Assembly (NCBI GenBank): GCA_964016885.1
Contig: OZ024740.1
Span: 183,644,001 to 183,708,000, forward strand
DNA: 64,000 nucleotides
Reading direction: 5' to 3'
Origin: Eledone cirrhosa
Taxonomy: Eukaryota
A program made the translations under genes and the position numbers. This document shows, in pieces, positions 39,062 to 52,962 of this stretch. Under the pieces are notes generated by a model. That model ran no database searches and had not been told where the DNA came from. It was given only the letters and a program-made list of their open reading frames with translations. Position 1 is the first letter of the stretch; every line of letters starts with the position of its first letter.

Positions 39062-42000
39062 GGTACTTTATTTTATCCAACCCATAAAAATATAAAGCAA
39101 AGTTAACATAAGTGTGATTTAAACTCAGAACATAAAGGAAAATTACTCAATGTTACGAAGCATGTTGTCTGATGCTATAATCAATATGTCAAAGTAATAA
39201 TTATAATAAACCAGTTGACTTAGGAAGCACTGGAAAAATTCGAATTTAGAAATGTTGTTCTCCCTATAATAATAGACAATAATTATAAATAATAGTTTTA
39301 AAAATCGGGTAAAGTACCCCTGGAGATAGAAAAAGAGTGGATTGTGGCACCTATGAAAAATTGAACCCTGTAACTCTCAGATGTTAAAAAAGGGCATTAA
39401 GCATTATGTTAAGGTATACCTGGCCACTGACTTTTAGAAGGGTAAAAGCCTGTAGCTAGATGTGTAAACAACTAGTTGACTAAAGAATCATTAAAAAGTC
39501 TAAAGTCTGTCTCAAGGCTGGAGGCTCATCAGGCCAGTACTTATTCTAGTTCATGTGGTGTTAAACAAATGAAAGTACAAACAACCCCTGGAGAGGATGT
39601 AAGTCCATCGCAGGGTTAAAATCCTAGCTAATGCTGGTACTCATTTTCTGCTAAGAATACTGGAGCAATGTGAAATGAAGTGTTTTGCTCAAGAACACAA
39701 AACACAAACCAGTCCAGAAACTGAACCCATGACATTGTGATCATCAGTCCAACACTGGGCCACATTGCTTGCAACAATATATTTTCACCATACACTCTTA
39801 TAATCATTTGATAAATCTTACACAGGTTTTGATGATTAGCATTCATTTGTTGCATCCTTTTGCTATCTATCTATCATCATCATCATCATCGTCGTTTAAT
39901 ATCCATTTACCATGCTAACTTTGGCTAGGCATGTTGCCCTGACATTGTGAGACAAAAGTGTTTCTGGCTTGGTTCCTACAATAGGATGCCCTTTCTAATG
40001 CTTGTCAGATTTACAACGTGGTTTGGGTGCTTTTTATCATGGTGCCAAAAAAATCCAACAGATAAGTACGACATGATTCTTTTTGATGTGTCACCAATAT
40101 GACCACCATTACAGGTTGATAACTAGGTGCTTTTTTTTACATAATAATTTGATATCCATCTATTAAATTAATAAGTTGCTCAATATTCCAGAGATACATA
40201 CCATTACCATTATTTTCAGTTAGAATCAGCATGAGTATATATTAAAGGTCTAATTCATTCAACAAGCTTCCACACAGTTTTTGACAATTCAATTTCACTT
40301 GAGTTGGACTGAGTGTATGGCAAAATGTTTTTACACAAGATCCTATGCAGTGGGACTTTACACCAAACTTCATGACTGCAACATGAATTTCCAAAACTTT
40401 CAGCCATTCCTGCACTCTCTGTGCTTATTTATACAGAATGTTCAATTTATCAGTTTAGCATCATGGCCAGGGATGCAGCTAAGTATCAGTGCCAGGATAC
40501 AAATATCTAACCTCTTGTCTGGTTGTTAGCTGCCCTCTCCATGCAACTAACCATACTTTCATTGATTTGAGTCATTTCAAATGGAAGACACTAACAATTT
40601 CTTCTCTACTGGAAAAATACCATTTCTGGCTTGAAATCAGCGAAAGTTAAGAAGTGCTTTGAATAAAATCTCTCGACATTTGAAGGATTTTTAACATTTT
40701 AAAGAAATGATAAATGATATGATGGTTATGATAGGGGGAAATCGACTGAAAAAGAGAAATCAATAAGCATTTTAAAAGGACAAAAATACATTAATAGGAA
40801 TGGATTTGATCTTAGCCCTTTAGCACTTCCTCTATTTCTTTTGGCAAAAGAAATACTTAGAAATAACATGTGAATTTTAAGTACTGAGACACTCAAAGCT
40901 GTCATTCATTTTTAAAATGGAATTTCAATTGATAAGTTAATAGGTTTGGCACCACAAGAACTGCATTGCCTTTTGATAAATACTATTACACTCTGATCTT
41001 TGTGTGAAATTCTTGAAAAAATAAAAATAAACTTCTGAATAGAAAAGAAAGTGAATATGGGGGAAATTTATAGGTAATTTCAGTGAAATTTATTGATATC
41101 TTTATGATTATCTTGATTATCATCATCATTGTTGTCATTTTAAATAAAGTCTGTCTTTCATTCCAGAACAGTTTAGATATGGTGTATAATGTAAATGCTT
41201 AAATTAACCCTCCCTCCAAGTGGACTCATTCAAAGCTGGTAATAGGTCCAGGTCAGATAAAATATGGCCCCCACTCCAACACAACTCTAAGCAATTAATA
41301 GATCCATGCCATATATAAAATTTAGGCTCCATTTCAAACTGCTCATTACATATTTTAGTAATCAGTGATAAATATATATGATTTATGTTAGGACTATTGG
41401 TATATACATGAGCATGTAGTGTACATGATGTACATACATATAACAGAAAATAGAATGGAATAAAAGAACAAGAATTCATAGGCCCATGCTAGCAGGCCCA
41501 TATGGTCCCACCATCCCATCATCAGTTCTTGCCAATACCTAAGAGATTTGTTTGTAAAGGTGAAGGGCAAAGCTGATTAAATCAACCCCAGTACTTGACT
41601 TGTACTTTATGATAATATATAAAGTTAGCTGCTATGAGAGTTGAACACAGAATATAAAATGCCAGAAGAAATACCATAATGGCATTTTATCTGACATTCT
41701 ACCGATTCTGCCAACCCACTGCCCTTGAGAATGTAAATGTTAAAATATATTTCATATCTAAAGATTATTTAGATAGCTTTCATCCTGAAATGATATACTC
41801 CTATCCAACATTTATGCCACCCAAATGCAAAAGGCTATGTCCTACAACTTCGAATATGCGTCTTACACTAACCCATATATATTTTGATGAGATTATAAGC
41901 TCAATGCAAGAAGTAGTTCTTCTATTTTCCCTCTGTGTATTAAGTCAAAGGCCTTAGAAGAGTCAATAGATGGAACTTATACAAGAATGTTAAACACCAT

Positions 42001-42299
42001 TTAATGATTTAGATTTTAAGAAATGATTGGGGAGGAGAGAAGCCAATTACATGAAGTCCAGTACATGACTTGCACTTTATTTTATCAACCCCTGGAGAAT
42101 GAAAGACAAAGTTGATCTTGGTGGTATTTGGAATTAGAACTGCCCTTTAATAATAAACATAAGGTAATTACAAAACATGTAGTGCCAATTAATTGTGGTT
42201 AACTGCTGAGTTTCTTTTGTAGAGAAGCAATAGTGAAAGCAATGAAAAGTATTCTTCCCAATTCATAAGTTGGATGGATTTACAATATGATTCTTTTCG

Positions 42300-42500
42300 T
42301 TGTAGTAACCTTACTCACTAGAGTGCATAGCTTAGAGAGTCAATCTAGATAAAGCTGCTACTTCTCTGAATTGAGAGATTGCTGCTCTGATATTATGGGT
42401 ATGTGGTTAGAATGTCTCAGGAAATAATTTCTGGACAGATTTTACAGACAAAGTCAACTGGCAGGATATCCAGGGGTAGATCAAACAATAACATTGAGTC
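42300..42500 (+). mobile_element. RTE-like LINE 3' remnant
   Basis: YYGYVVRMSQEIISGQILQTKSTGRISRGRS; homologous to 44570-44770. Confidence 0.65.
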
Positions 42501-44139
42501 AATAAGATCTACATGGTCATTTAAACTGCTAGAAATAAGAACTAAATCTCCATCATCCACACACCATTGTCTAGAAGAGGAGACATCATCAACATTATTG
42601 CCTCTGCTTAACATGTATGTCCTATGCTTTTGTGAGTTTGATGGATTCTCATGTACTGAGGCTAGACTGGAGAGGTAAATAAATTGTCCAACATTCACCT
42701 AACAAAGACTGGAAAACCCTTTATCAGGGGTCTGCCAGTTCAAGTTTGCCCCAAGGCAAAAAGAAAAACAATCAAACAAAAGTGAAATACAAAAAATGTA
42801 AATAATAAGAAAAATGTAAAATTCTTTGTGTTCATTTGACTCAGATACCTTGCAGTAATGTAGGCAAGAATCAAATTGAAGCAATTCCAACTCGCTGACT
42901 AACATCAGCTGAAACTGTATGAAGACAACAGATATGTCAATATATTGTTACCTTTGCAATGTGTGGTCCACTGTTTAAATTGCTTATTAGTTAGTTACAC
43001 AGAATATCTATATACAACTGACAATAGCAACCCAAAGCAAATATTTACAGCTAGTTCAATTGAAGGTTTGAAACCTAATTGCCTTTGACAAGGAAGACAA
43101 TGCTACATTGCTGACATGATTCAAACTTTGAAAATCATCTAATTTAGATACTTGTGTCTTAACTAACTGGACTTACTGTGACAATCTGACAATACATTGG
43201 AATTTTAGCAGTGCAAAAACACAAAACTGATTTTTTAATTATTGCTATACAGGATGTAATCTGTTCCAACATTATATTTTCATTGGTTTCAAATCCTACA
43301 TCAACTATATATCAATTGAAAGACATGGGCAAGGGTTTTCAAATTATTTTGAAAATAATGAAAATGTTGAAAAGATTTAGTATTATAATGTTCTTTGTCA
43401 TTATTTAGAATGGCAGTATCGGTAGAGCATCGGACAAAATGCTTTACAGCATATTGTTATGTACATTTAAATTCTGAGTTCAAATTCCACTGAGATTAAC
43501 TTTGCTTTTCATCCTTACAGGGTCAATAATATAATGTACCAGTAATGAACTGTGATCGATTTACTTGATTTTCCTCTCCTCCAAAACTGTTGGCCTTCTG
43601 CTTAAATAAGAAACCATGATTAAGCTAGTGTTTGGAACATAAATTAAATATTCATACATAAAATTATGATGGAAGATTTTGAGATGTATACAGCTGCTGA
43701 ATTAAGAAAAATGAGTGAAAGCGCAATAGAGCAAAACCTTTAAAATAGTTTGTAAGATAACACCAATGATGGGTTCAGGCAGTTTAGCATCAAAAGAATT
43801 AACTTTCTTTTTCATCCTTCTGAGGTGAGAAGAAAATGCCACTCATACACTCTGGTATTTGTATCCTAATATAAATTGCTCTGACAAATGTTGGCCTTAT
43901 AACCAAGAATTGAAAATTATAATTTATAATGTTAGTAACAAAAGGGAGACCAAGTATTAGTATTTGGATAAATGCTGCACAATGAAAACCATTCAATATG
44001 GGTGTCAGACTCTGCCAAGGGTTTGTACTGCCACCTTTTTTGTCCCTTTTTTAAGTGCAGTTGGGTTGGAAGTGGTATCAAGATTGGCAGGTGTAGAATC
44101 ATCCAGCAGAAACTTGCAAACAACAGGGTATTACTTAAC

Positions 44140-44900
44140 TTGACAGATGGTGATCTCCCACTTACAATTGATAGGTTTGATGCCATGTACTGCGTGGCTG
44201 GAATAACAATTAGTACTGAGAAAACTGAGACACTCATCCTCACAAGGAAGCCTTCACATTACACTTTACAGGTGAATAGAGTTCACTGAAGTAGGTAGAG
44301 CAGTTGAAGAATGTTGGGGCTGCATTCACCAGTGATGGAAGGCATGGGGCTGCATTAAGTGCAATAACTGTTGGAGCTAGTGCTGTAAAGTGCTTGCTTC
44401 AGCACTTGGTAATCAGAAGAAGGGAGGTAGTTGTAAAAGCCAAACTCACTATCTTCAATTCAGTATTTGTGCTAACCATTACCTATGGTCATAAATCTTG
44501 GGTAAAGATCGAAATAATTCAATCGCATTACAATTGGCCAAACTGGAGTTCCTCCAAAGGGTCTTTGGAGTAACGTTACATGTTAGAGAACATAGCTCAG
44601 AAATCAGAAAGTTGCTCCAGCTAGGGCTGTTACATCTTCAAATTGAGAGATAACAGCTCCAATATTATGGGCATGTGGTTAGAATGTTTCAGAAAAGAAT
44701 CACTGTTGGACAGATTCTACAAGCAAAACCAACCGACAGAAGACCCAGCTGTAGACCCCGAGCAAGATGGTTGGATAACATCCATGTGCTTGGCTGGTCT
44801 TGCTAGGGGATCCAGCCAGATCAGCTAAAATGGTTGCTTCTGACAGAACCCGCTGGAAGGAGTATTTGAGGACACTGCCCTCACGAGTCCCTCAGGAATA
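44140..44900 (+). mobile_element. RTE-like LINE RT 3' remnant
   Basis: AGITISTEKTETL, VEQLKNVGAAFTSDG, KAKLTIFNSVFVLTITYGHKSW, YYGHVVRM..PTDRRPS in shifting frames. Confidence 0.8.
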
Positions 44901-47900
44901 AGTGAGTGAAGAAGAAAGTAAGAGAGCAGTGAGTTGTAGTTAAGACATCAAGTTTGGGCAGGCTTTGCATTGCCTTAGCTCTCAACTCCTCATAGAACTT
45001 TAGTAGTTGCTCTATTATAACATTCAAGTTGAACCTGGTAGAGTCCATCCATCTTATGTGTTGATTATAGGATATTTTTGGAAAGAGAGAATGTGAATCA
45101 GGGAGTGAGAGGAAAGAGAAAGAGAGAGAGAAGATTTGATCCTAGTACTTAACTGGTACTACATTTACTGACCATGAAAATATAAAAAGTAATGTTGTCT
45201 ATGATAAAGTTTGAACTCAGAATGAAAATTATAAAGCATTCAATTTCCTTCTCAAATAACTCTGCAAATTCACCATCAAGAGCAGACCTATGACCAAAGG
45301 CATCCCAATATCTCTCTTTTTTCATGTATCTCAAACTAAATCGTCAAATGTGCCCCCTCCTCCCCCTGTAAGATAGTAGCTTGTGTTGTCAGGGTGATTT
45401 TGCTATTATTTCTAGCAAGTCAAATGACTATACAAAAGCTCCCTCATTAGCTAGAAATAGTGAGATGGAAGGAATTATAAAATTATTTAGTGTTATGATT
45501 GTTTGAATTCTTTGCCTCCTACCGCTTTCTCTGAAATGGAAAGAACTCCTAGTTGCTATTGTTTGGATCATAGATCAGCCAACACAAATGGTCAAAGGTT
45601 TTCCAGCCATAATCATCTTATTGTTAAACATATAACAAGGACTCAATATCCTAAATGACCTATTTATTACTCTTAACATCCTGTTATGCATTAGCAGAAA
45701 AGATTTTAAAACAAAGGTCGTATTGCTTATATGGTTTCCCTAGATTTTGTTACCATCCAATTCTATTGTTCATCATATTTGGCACATTAGAGGTATTGCA
45801 ATTTATGTCATCACAAATTTGCTTGATAATAATAGTATATTAAATATCAAATATACATAATATATATAAATATAGTAAAATAAAAAAAACAATGTTTATT
45901 TATATATAGTATATATAAATCAATTATTTTATTTATTATATATTATATATTATTTGCAACTTGAGTGTAGACACATCTCTCTGGAAATAAGGGCGATGGA
46001 GGTGGTGGCTCAAAAAGATTGAAAACCTCTGATTTGAGCATACTGTATCCAGTTACCTTTTATTCTTTCTTGTTCTTGTTTTAATCATAACACTGCAGCT
46101 AATTTTGAGTAAATCATTGAAGAGATATAGTCAATCATTTCAAACTAAGTACATATTTTGTTCAAGTCAATGCTTTTTGTGAGACTAGTAATAGTAAACA
46201 GAAATACAGACAAAGATGCACACATGCACACAATATATATGAAATATATACGAAATATATATGAAGGTTCTCTAGTTTCTGTCAACAAAATTTCAATCAC
46301 AAGGAATTGCTCAATATGAGGCTATAGTAGAAGACATTCAAGATGCTACACACTGAGAGTGAAACTGAAACGTGTTTGCAATGGGAACTTCCTTACCATA
46401 CAGCTAAACCTAGAAACTTTTCATACATATTAGTGATTTAGCTGCTATTTCTAGTAGGCCACTGAACAAACTAGAGGCTGCCCCTGTTGGCTAATTTACT
46501 TAGCTATTTTCTATGTCCTGCTAAACATTGACCACATGCCAGAGTCAATAAAATGAAAATCAATGTTATAACTTACTAGATAGGTCTGAGAAACAAAGAA
46601 TCTTCATTATTATCAAAGATATTACATTATATATCAGGAGAAATGAAAGCTGTATTTGGAAAAATAAAAACAAAGAAAGAAAGCACACACACACACAAAT
46701 ATATATCAAGACAAGTGAAAGAAGAAAATGTTATTGGCAATGTCATCTTGGCCATTAACTTTTTGACATCTTAGGCCATTAGTGTATATAATGTAATAAC
46801 ACTGTAGTAAAACATTAAAAAGTGACAAATTTCTCAGATAGATAAGGGGGAAAATATACTGCACACACACACACACATATATATATGTATATTTAAATGT
46901 ACGCACGCATGCACACACACACACACATATATATATAATTGCGCACACATATATACATGTACATGCATAATATATGTCTTAGGTTTCCAAATAAAATCTA
47001 GATTACTGATATTGTCAGCAAGTGACCAAACTAATATTATACAAATCTATATATTAATCTTCTTGTCTTAACAATTTGTCATCAATCCAATTCTTTTTGT
47101 CTTTCAATTTTTCCTTCTAAAACATTTCCTAATTTTTCATATTTCAAACAAGCCAACATTCATCTGAAATTCCTGCTACTTTATTAGATCAGGTGTCTCT
47201 TGCAATATAAAGATTGCATTTCTGTTTAATATCATTGAAACTTAATGTATAAATATTGTTTTACATTATCTTTAATTTACCTAACTAATGTTCTGTATGA
47301 CATAAGACTGAATTAGCAAAACATCTTAAAAAAAGTACACAACTAAACTATGACTTTAATTTATTTTAAATTATTACAAAGATCATTCCACAATTAATGT
47401 TACTATAAACATTTGAGTTAGTAGTAGTTTATTACTTTCTCTATATTTCTTTCTCAATTACTCTCTTTCAATTTCTATCGTTCCCTGAAAAAAATCTTCT
47501 GTACTCACGTCTGGAGAGAAATGGGCTCTGCCAAGTTTAAAATGTTCAAGGAACACTGTATATCAATACAGCACTCCTATGAATCAATCAGGAGATATGG
47601 GAAGATTTATGCCATGCCATACCAAACATTTGAATTAAAAAGCCCACTTTTAGATATTTTCCCCTAAATCATTAGAGGATGCTAAGAGTTGAGGCACTAC
47701 TGTTTGATTTGATGATAATTTGGATCCTATTTCTAGTATTTAAAATGACTACATCTAAACTCACTCATTGGTTTGTTGTTTAGCAATTCATCAACTCTTT
47801 ATCAAGCATAACCTCAAGGCATATATTTATTCAGTGAGAGAGATCAACAACTATTCAGAAATTAGTTGGAGCTATGAATAATGATTCTGTGAAATGAATG

Positions 47901-48231
47901 AATGAGAAGTAAGGATCTTAATTATAAATACATGAAAACAGTACAGTTTGTGAAGTGGCTGGTTATAGGAAAAATATTCAGTTGTAGAAATGAGAATATA
48001 AGTAAGACATGAATTCCCAGTCTATCTGTCTTGCACGAAAGCAACACCAATTAAGTATTAACTTTGTCTGTGACAACCCTTTGAACTCATGCCACAATGA
48101 AATAAAAGCATATGTAAAATAGATGATGATTATGTGTGTATGCATACAGACATATACGCACTTACATATACATATATACAGAATTATGGTTGAAGCAGTT
48201 GCATACACACACACATTATATATACTGCCTC

Positions 48232-48422
48232 CAAGGGGAGCGGATTGGCAGTATCGGTAGAGAGTCGGACGCCATGCTTTGCAGCATAGAGTTGCGGCCC
48301 TTTACGGTCTGAGTTCAAGTCCCGCCGAGGATAATTTTGCCTTTCATCCTTATGGGGTCGATAAAATAAAGTACCAGTAATGCACTGGGATAATTGATGG
48401 CCTTGTGCCAAAAGTAGAAATA
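48232..48422 (+). mobile_element. SINE with perfect 17-bp target-site duplication
   Basis: attatatatactgcctc at 48215-48231 and 48423-48439; A-box-like tggcagtatcggtag, B-box-like gagttcaagtcc. Confidence 0.88.
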
Positions 48423-48779
48423 ATTATATATACTGCCTCATCCACACTTCTGTCTATCATTCAGCTTCCAAGATTACAGTTATCTGTCTACCGCACAAAA
48501 TGTAGAAACCTCAGCTGGCTAACCATATATCTCTCTATCTATGTATTGTGACGTTTCTAGAGACTTTTCTGACAGTCCACCACTCCCCATGATGGAACTT
48601 TGCAATATTTCTATATTCTGTCATTGATGAAGTATTATTTATTTACTCATATTAGTTTCAGGACGTTAGGTACCGTTTTCAAAGTAATTGCTAAACATAG
48701 TTTTGATTTGTGAGATCCCTGGTCTTCGTCAAATATCAAGAAATATTTACAAATTAGACAGGTCAGGTTTCTGCCTACT

Positions 48780-49110
48780 ACTGATACCCTGTAACTCAGT
48801 ACAACCTGTTTCATGGTTGAGTGGTCAGTGACTAAACTGGCTCCCCCACTAGATCCTTGTCTGGTAAAGAGAGTAAGACGAACCCCAGCAGAACAAAAAA
48901 GTGCTGTTAAAAGAGTGGATGTACTTCTCAGAGGCAACGGTCAGCCACCCCAACTATGGTTTATAGCAATTGTTCAAGTATGGGAAGTACGGCTACACCC
49001 TGACATGTCCAAAACGAAACAAAAAACGGTAGAGGTCGGGCATGGAAGGATCCCTCCAACAGGAGCGAAGAGCATAAAGAATGCATGCTGAAGGACTGAA
49101 ACATGGAGCC
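48780..49110 (+). mobile_element. Possible RTE-like LINE 5' region
   Basis: GC-richer island ending in LRTETWS, which resembles the APE start motif; from recall only. Confidence 0.3.
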
Positions 49111-49774
49111 TTTGTTTAGTTGCTAGAATTTCAAGAATCAGCAGCTAAAGTCTATCTATTGATTCACATCTGATCGTTTTCAAGTATAAGAAATGAAATA
49201 TTTGGCTGTAAAGTGATGAACATACAAAACGTCAGGCTGACCTGAGTCTAGACTACATCAATAACAACAACAGCAATAACAAAACAATATTAGCAACAAT
49301 ATTAATTCATGTTCCAGCATTGATACATGTATACACATAACATACATATTTATTTTCATGTAGAGTTTCGCAAGCACTTGCATATATTTACATTCAAAAT
49401 AGAGAAAAAAAAGAATGAATTCATTGACTAGAAATTTAAATTGCTAAAATATATTGATTACCAAGTAGTATAGTCATCAGCAGAGATTTAAACAAGATAA
49501 GCCAGAGAGAAGAAGAAACACTTGTAACCAATGCTGAGACAGAAAAATATGGATATAAAACTGGAGAAACTAATGGGGGAAAGAATGAGATTAATAATGC
49601 TTGACAGAGTATAGATGTCAATGATACATCTTATCAGTTGGTAATCGAGACAGCATAACAAATTCTAATGACATTTCTCTGTCTCTCTCTCTTACACACA
49701 CCCCGAGCAAGGATTAAGAACGAAATTGATATATATATATATATATATATATATATCAATTTCGTGTCTTTCGC

Positions 49775-50078
49775 CAGGGTGTAGAATTGGCAGTATCGGT
49801 AGAGGGTCGGACGCCATGCTTTGACGCATAGAGTTACGGCCCTTGCCATTCTGAGTTCAAATCCCGCCGAGGTTAACTTTGCCTTTCAACTTTACGGGGT
49901 CGATAAAATAAAGTATCAGTAATGCAATGGGTATTTGCTGGCCTTGTGCCAAACGTAGAAACAATTATTTATTTATGGTGGATCGGCAGTATCGGTAGAG
50001 GGTCGGACGCCATGCTTTGACGTATAGAGTTACAGCCCTTGCCATTCTGAGTTCAAATCCCGCCGAGGTTAACTTTAC
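49775..50078 (+). mobile_element. Tandem 1.5 copies of the same young SINE subfamily
   Basis: ggcagtatcggtagagggtcggacgccatgctttgacg at 49788 and 49985; close to 48232-48422. Confidence 0.85.
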
Positions 50079-50117
50079 CACAGTAAATAAAGCATTCAAT
50101 ATATTATATATATACAG

Positions 50118-50153
<36 letters not shown>

Positions 50154-50273
50154 AAAAGAAATCGAAAACGTTGCATTTTCGATTTCTTTTCTTTATACTT
50201 TCACTCGTGTAAGACATCTCGTTTTTTTCTCCATGAAATCAAAACTTCATTTTCTTATATATATATATTTATA

Positions 50274-50427
50274 TCGGACCTGTCAGCCTCTAAAAACCCA
50301 TATGGGTAGTACCATAACAAAAGAGTGCCCCCAACACAAGCTATAGACATTTGCACAAGAGAAGATATCTCTGACCCACTCCAAAGTGCATGGGAGATCT
50401 CCCCGTCGGACGGGGAGGGTAAACAGG

Positions 50428-50432
<5 letters not shown>
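50274..50432. mobile_element. Small TIR element in (TA)n with a subterminal GC hairpin
   Basis: tcggacctgt ... acaggtctga ends; ctccccgtc-g-gacggggag at 50399-50417. Confidence 0.55.
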
Positions 50433-50460
<28 letters not shown>

Positions 50461-52034
50461 ACGAGAGAAAGAGAAAAATAAATATACACACGGGAACACC
50501 ATAATTACAATTTTAAAATATGCATTATAGACATTTCGAAGATTATTATTGTACCATTTCTAGGGCTGTTTTATCATAAGGACAAATAGGGTAGTGTTTT
50601 AATGTGTCTGATGGACTGAGTATTGTCCATGGCCATCATAGGCCCTGCATAACTGGAATGACATGGATACGGAAACATTTTCTCACCAAATTAAACATTT
50701 TATTAATTAATCATATATATTTTCATTGTGCAAAGCCAGTATATTACGAATTTTAATACATCCTTTTGTATGTGAAAATGTTTACAAGTAAATGTAATCT
50801 ATCACAGTTGAAAACCAAAATAATTAAATTCAATTTACAATAGGTGAATATTAGCAATGCTGAAATAAAATTTATTTGGATAATAGAGTTTATCGTTGTC
50901 TAACAAACTTAGAAATGGGCTCAACTGGACAAAGATAAATAATATATATAATGTTTGATGATTTAGTGTTAAAGAATAAAACCTACTAATGAAGCAAATA
51001 TATATTTTTAAAATGAAGTCCCCGAATGTGTGTGGTCCTAAGCTATTGTTTATTTAGCGTATAGGTAAGTCGAGCACTTGTTTTAGGTAAGTCGAGCACA
51101 GTGTTTAGGCTTGACTCAAAAAGTCTCACAAGTTGGCTCGCTCCCTTGGAGTGTATTACCGTTTGGCACCCTTTGTTTTGACTTAATATTTTCTTTCATT
51201 TTGATTCTATATTTTCATGTAAAATATTTATGCAATTAAGTAATAGCGACATATCTGTGTATGTGTTGAATTTTGACAGTTGCGGCATTTGTATTTGTAA
51301 TTTAAAGCTTTTATATTTCAGTTCGTTTGGTAAAAATGTGATTTTTGATATTATGTAATTTCATGAGCATTTCGATACAATAAAGATAGTGAAATTTGAA
51401 AAACTAGTTAAGTTTCACTGAAATATATTCAGTGGAGGCTGCAATACATAAAATAGTAACCAATGACGAAAAAAATCAGATTTCGAAATATGAGATATAC
51501 ATACCTCATACAACACTTTACAAAGCTGATGAATTTAGTGCTCCAATACAGGAAAAAGTATTCAATGGTAAATTATGATTGATTTTAAAGTTGCCTCCTA
51601 TGCGCACGCTGAAGACCCAATGTGCAAGCGCCAGACTAGATTCGAGTGACCTTTAAAAAATGCAGCCAAACATTTCTCAAGTTTTAAAGAACCAGGCAAA
51701 TGATTATGTAGCACGGAACACAATGCCCGAAAAACGTTGGAACGATCACAGCTGGAATGCCATTAATTATGTGCCTTTCGACCAAGATTTATAAACATTG
51801 CCGTATCTGTATAAACATTATTAAACATCTTCAAGAGAATCTGTTCATTATAGACAATGGCTGGCGAAACTGAAACAAACTGAATACACAGTGCAACGTC
51901 AGAAATATAAACTTGCGTTACTGTTTACTGTTGGAGAACAAAAACCGATGTTAGTTATGTTTACGTAGAATATTTTACAACTTTTGAACTTTCTTTCTTT
52001 CCGCAATCAATCTCAACACGCACATATATATACA

Positions 52035-52760
52035 TATTGACTGCATCTCAGTTTCGAGGATTGCCATCACTTGATCTTTTTCTCATACATGGGTGGCACA
52101 AATACGAACTTTTAGCTATGCCAATGACTTAGAGTCCTTTCTACTTCTTCTGCAACGAAAGGATAATGCTAAGCTTATGCAACACTCATATTGTCTAATG
52201 GGGAACCATTACATATTTAATTGTGGTTCATATTTGATAATTAATTGTTTTTCATTATTTATTCTATGTTGTTGAGTGTGAGAGCCTGAGCATATATAAA
52301 GTGGGGACATTTTGAAGTTGGGTTTGTCTAATCCTGCACATGTTGCAATGCAGCTACATTACGATATATTTCTCATGTTTGTATCATGGTTTGTTGGTGT
52401 TTTATTGTCATTTTTTCCGCAATGAAATACTCGTTCGTATTATATAATTTTACAGACATTTACAGCGTGTAATCACTTAGATTAGGTTTTCCGAGGATAA
52501 AACTTTCTTTTATTCTGAAGGTTTGTCCATCCGAAAATTTGAATTCTAGTCCTTCAATTAGGCATAAGCAGGCTCCAGGAATTGTTCTTCCGCATTTTGT
52601 AACAGGGGCTTGCAGATTTGTTTGCGGTTTTGTGTTCCAGTAACGATGTGATCTAGTGTTTTGGGGTGTGTTTCTAGAATTGTTTTCATTGTTTCATTTT
52701 CATATAAAGTAGAAAGGATTTTGTGAAAGTAGTCAAACATTTCGATATTTTAAGGGTTTA
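52035..52760 (-). mobile_element. Old PLE GIY-YIG / 3'-end relic of a third family
   Basis: Minus frames read KILSTLYENETMKTILE, FRIKESF..NL..ITRCKC.*NYIIRTSISLRKKMT, NFKMSPLY; hammerhead-like 3' half GAAACUG(AGAUG)CAGUC at about 52039-52055. Confidence 0.55.
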
Positions 52761-52832
52761 AAGTTGATACATATAGTAAAACATTTTCCCAGGTTATATT
52801 TTTATATATTCTGTATTCATATATAATTTCTC

Positions 52833-52940
<108 letters not shown>

Positions 52941-52962
52941 TGTGTGTGTATGTATATATATA

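Noticed and set aside
42417-42905. Minus-strand ORFs with an ankyrin-like GANLNWQT stretch
   Set aside because: Partly antisense to an RTE remnant; the motif is isolated and followed by a stop
51062-51100. Direct repeat taggtaagtcgagcac twice
   Set aside because: Two copies only; a simple local duplication
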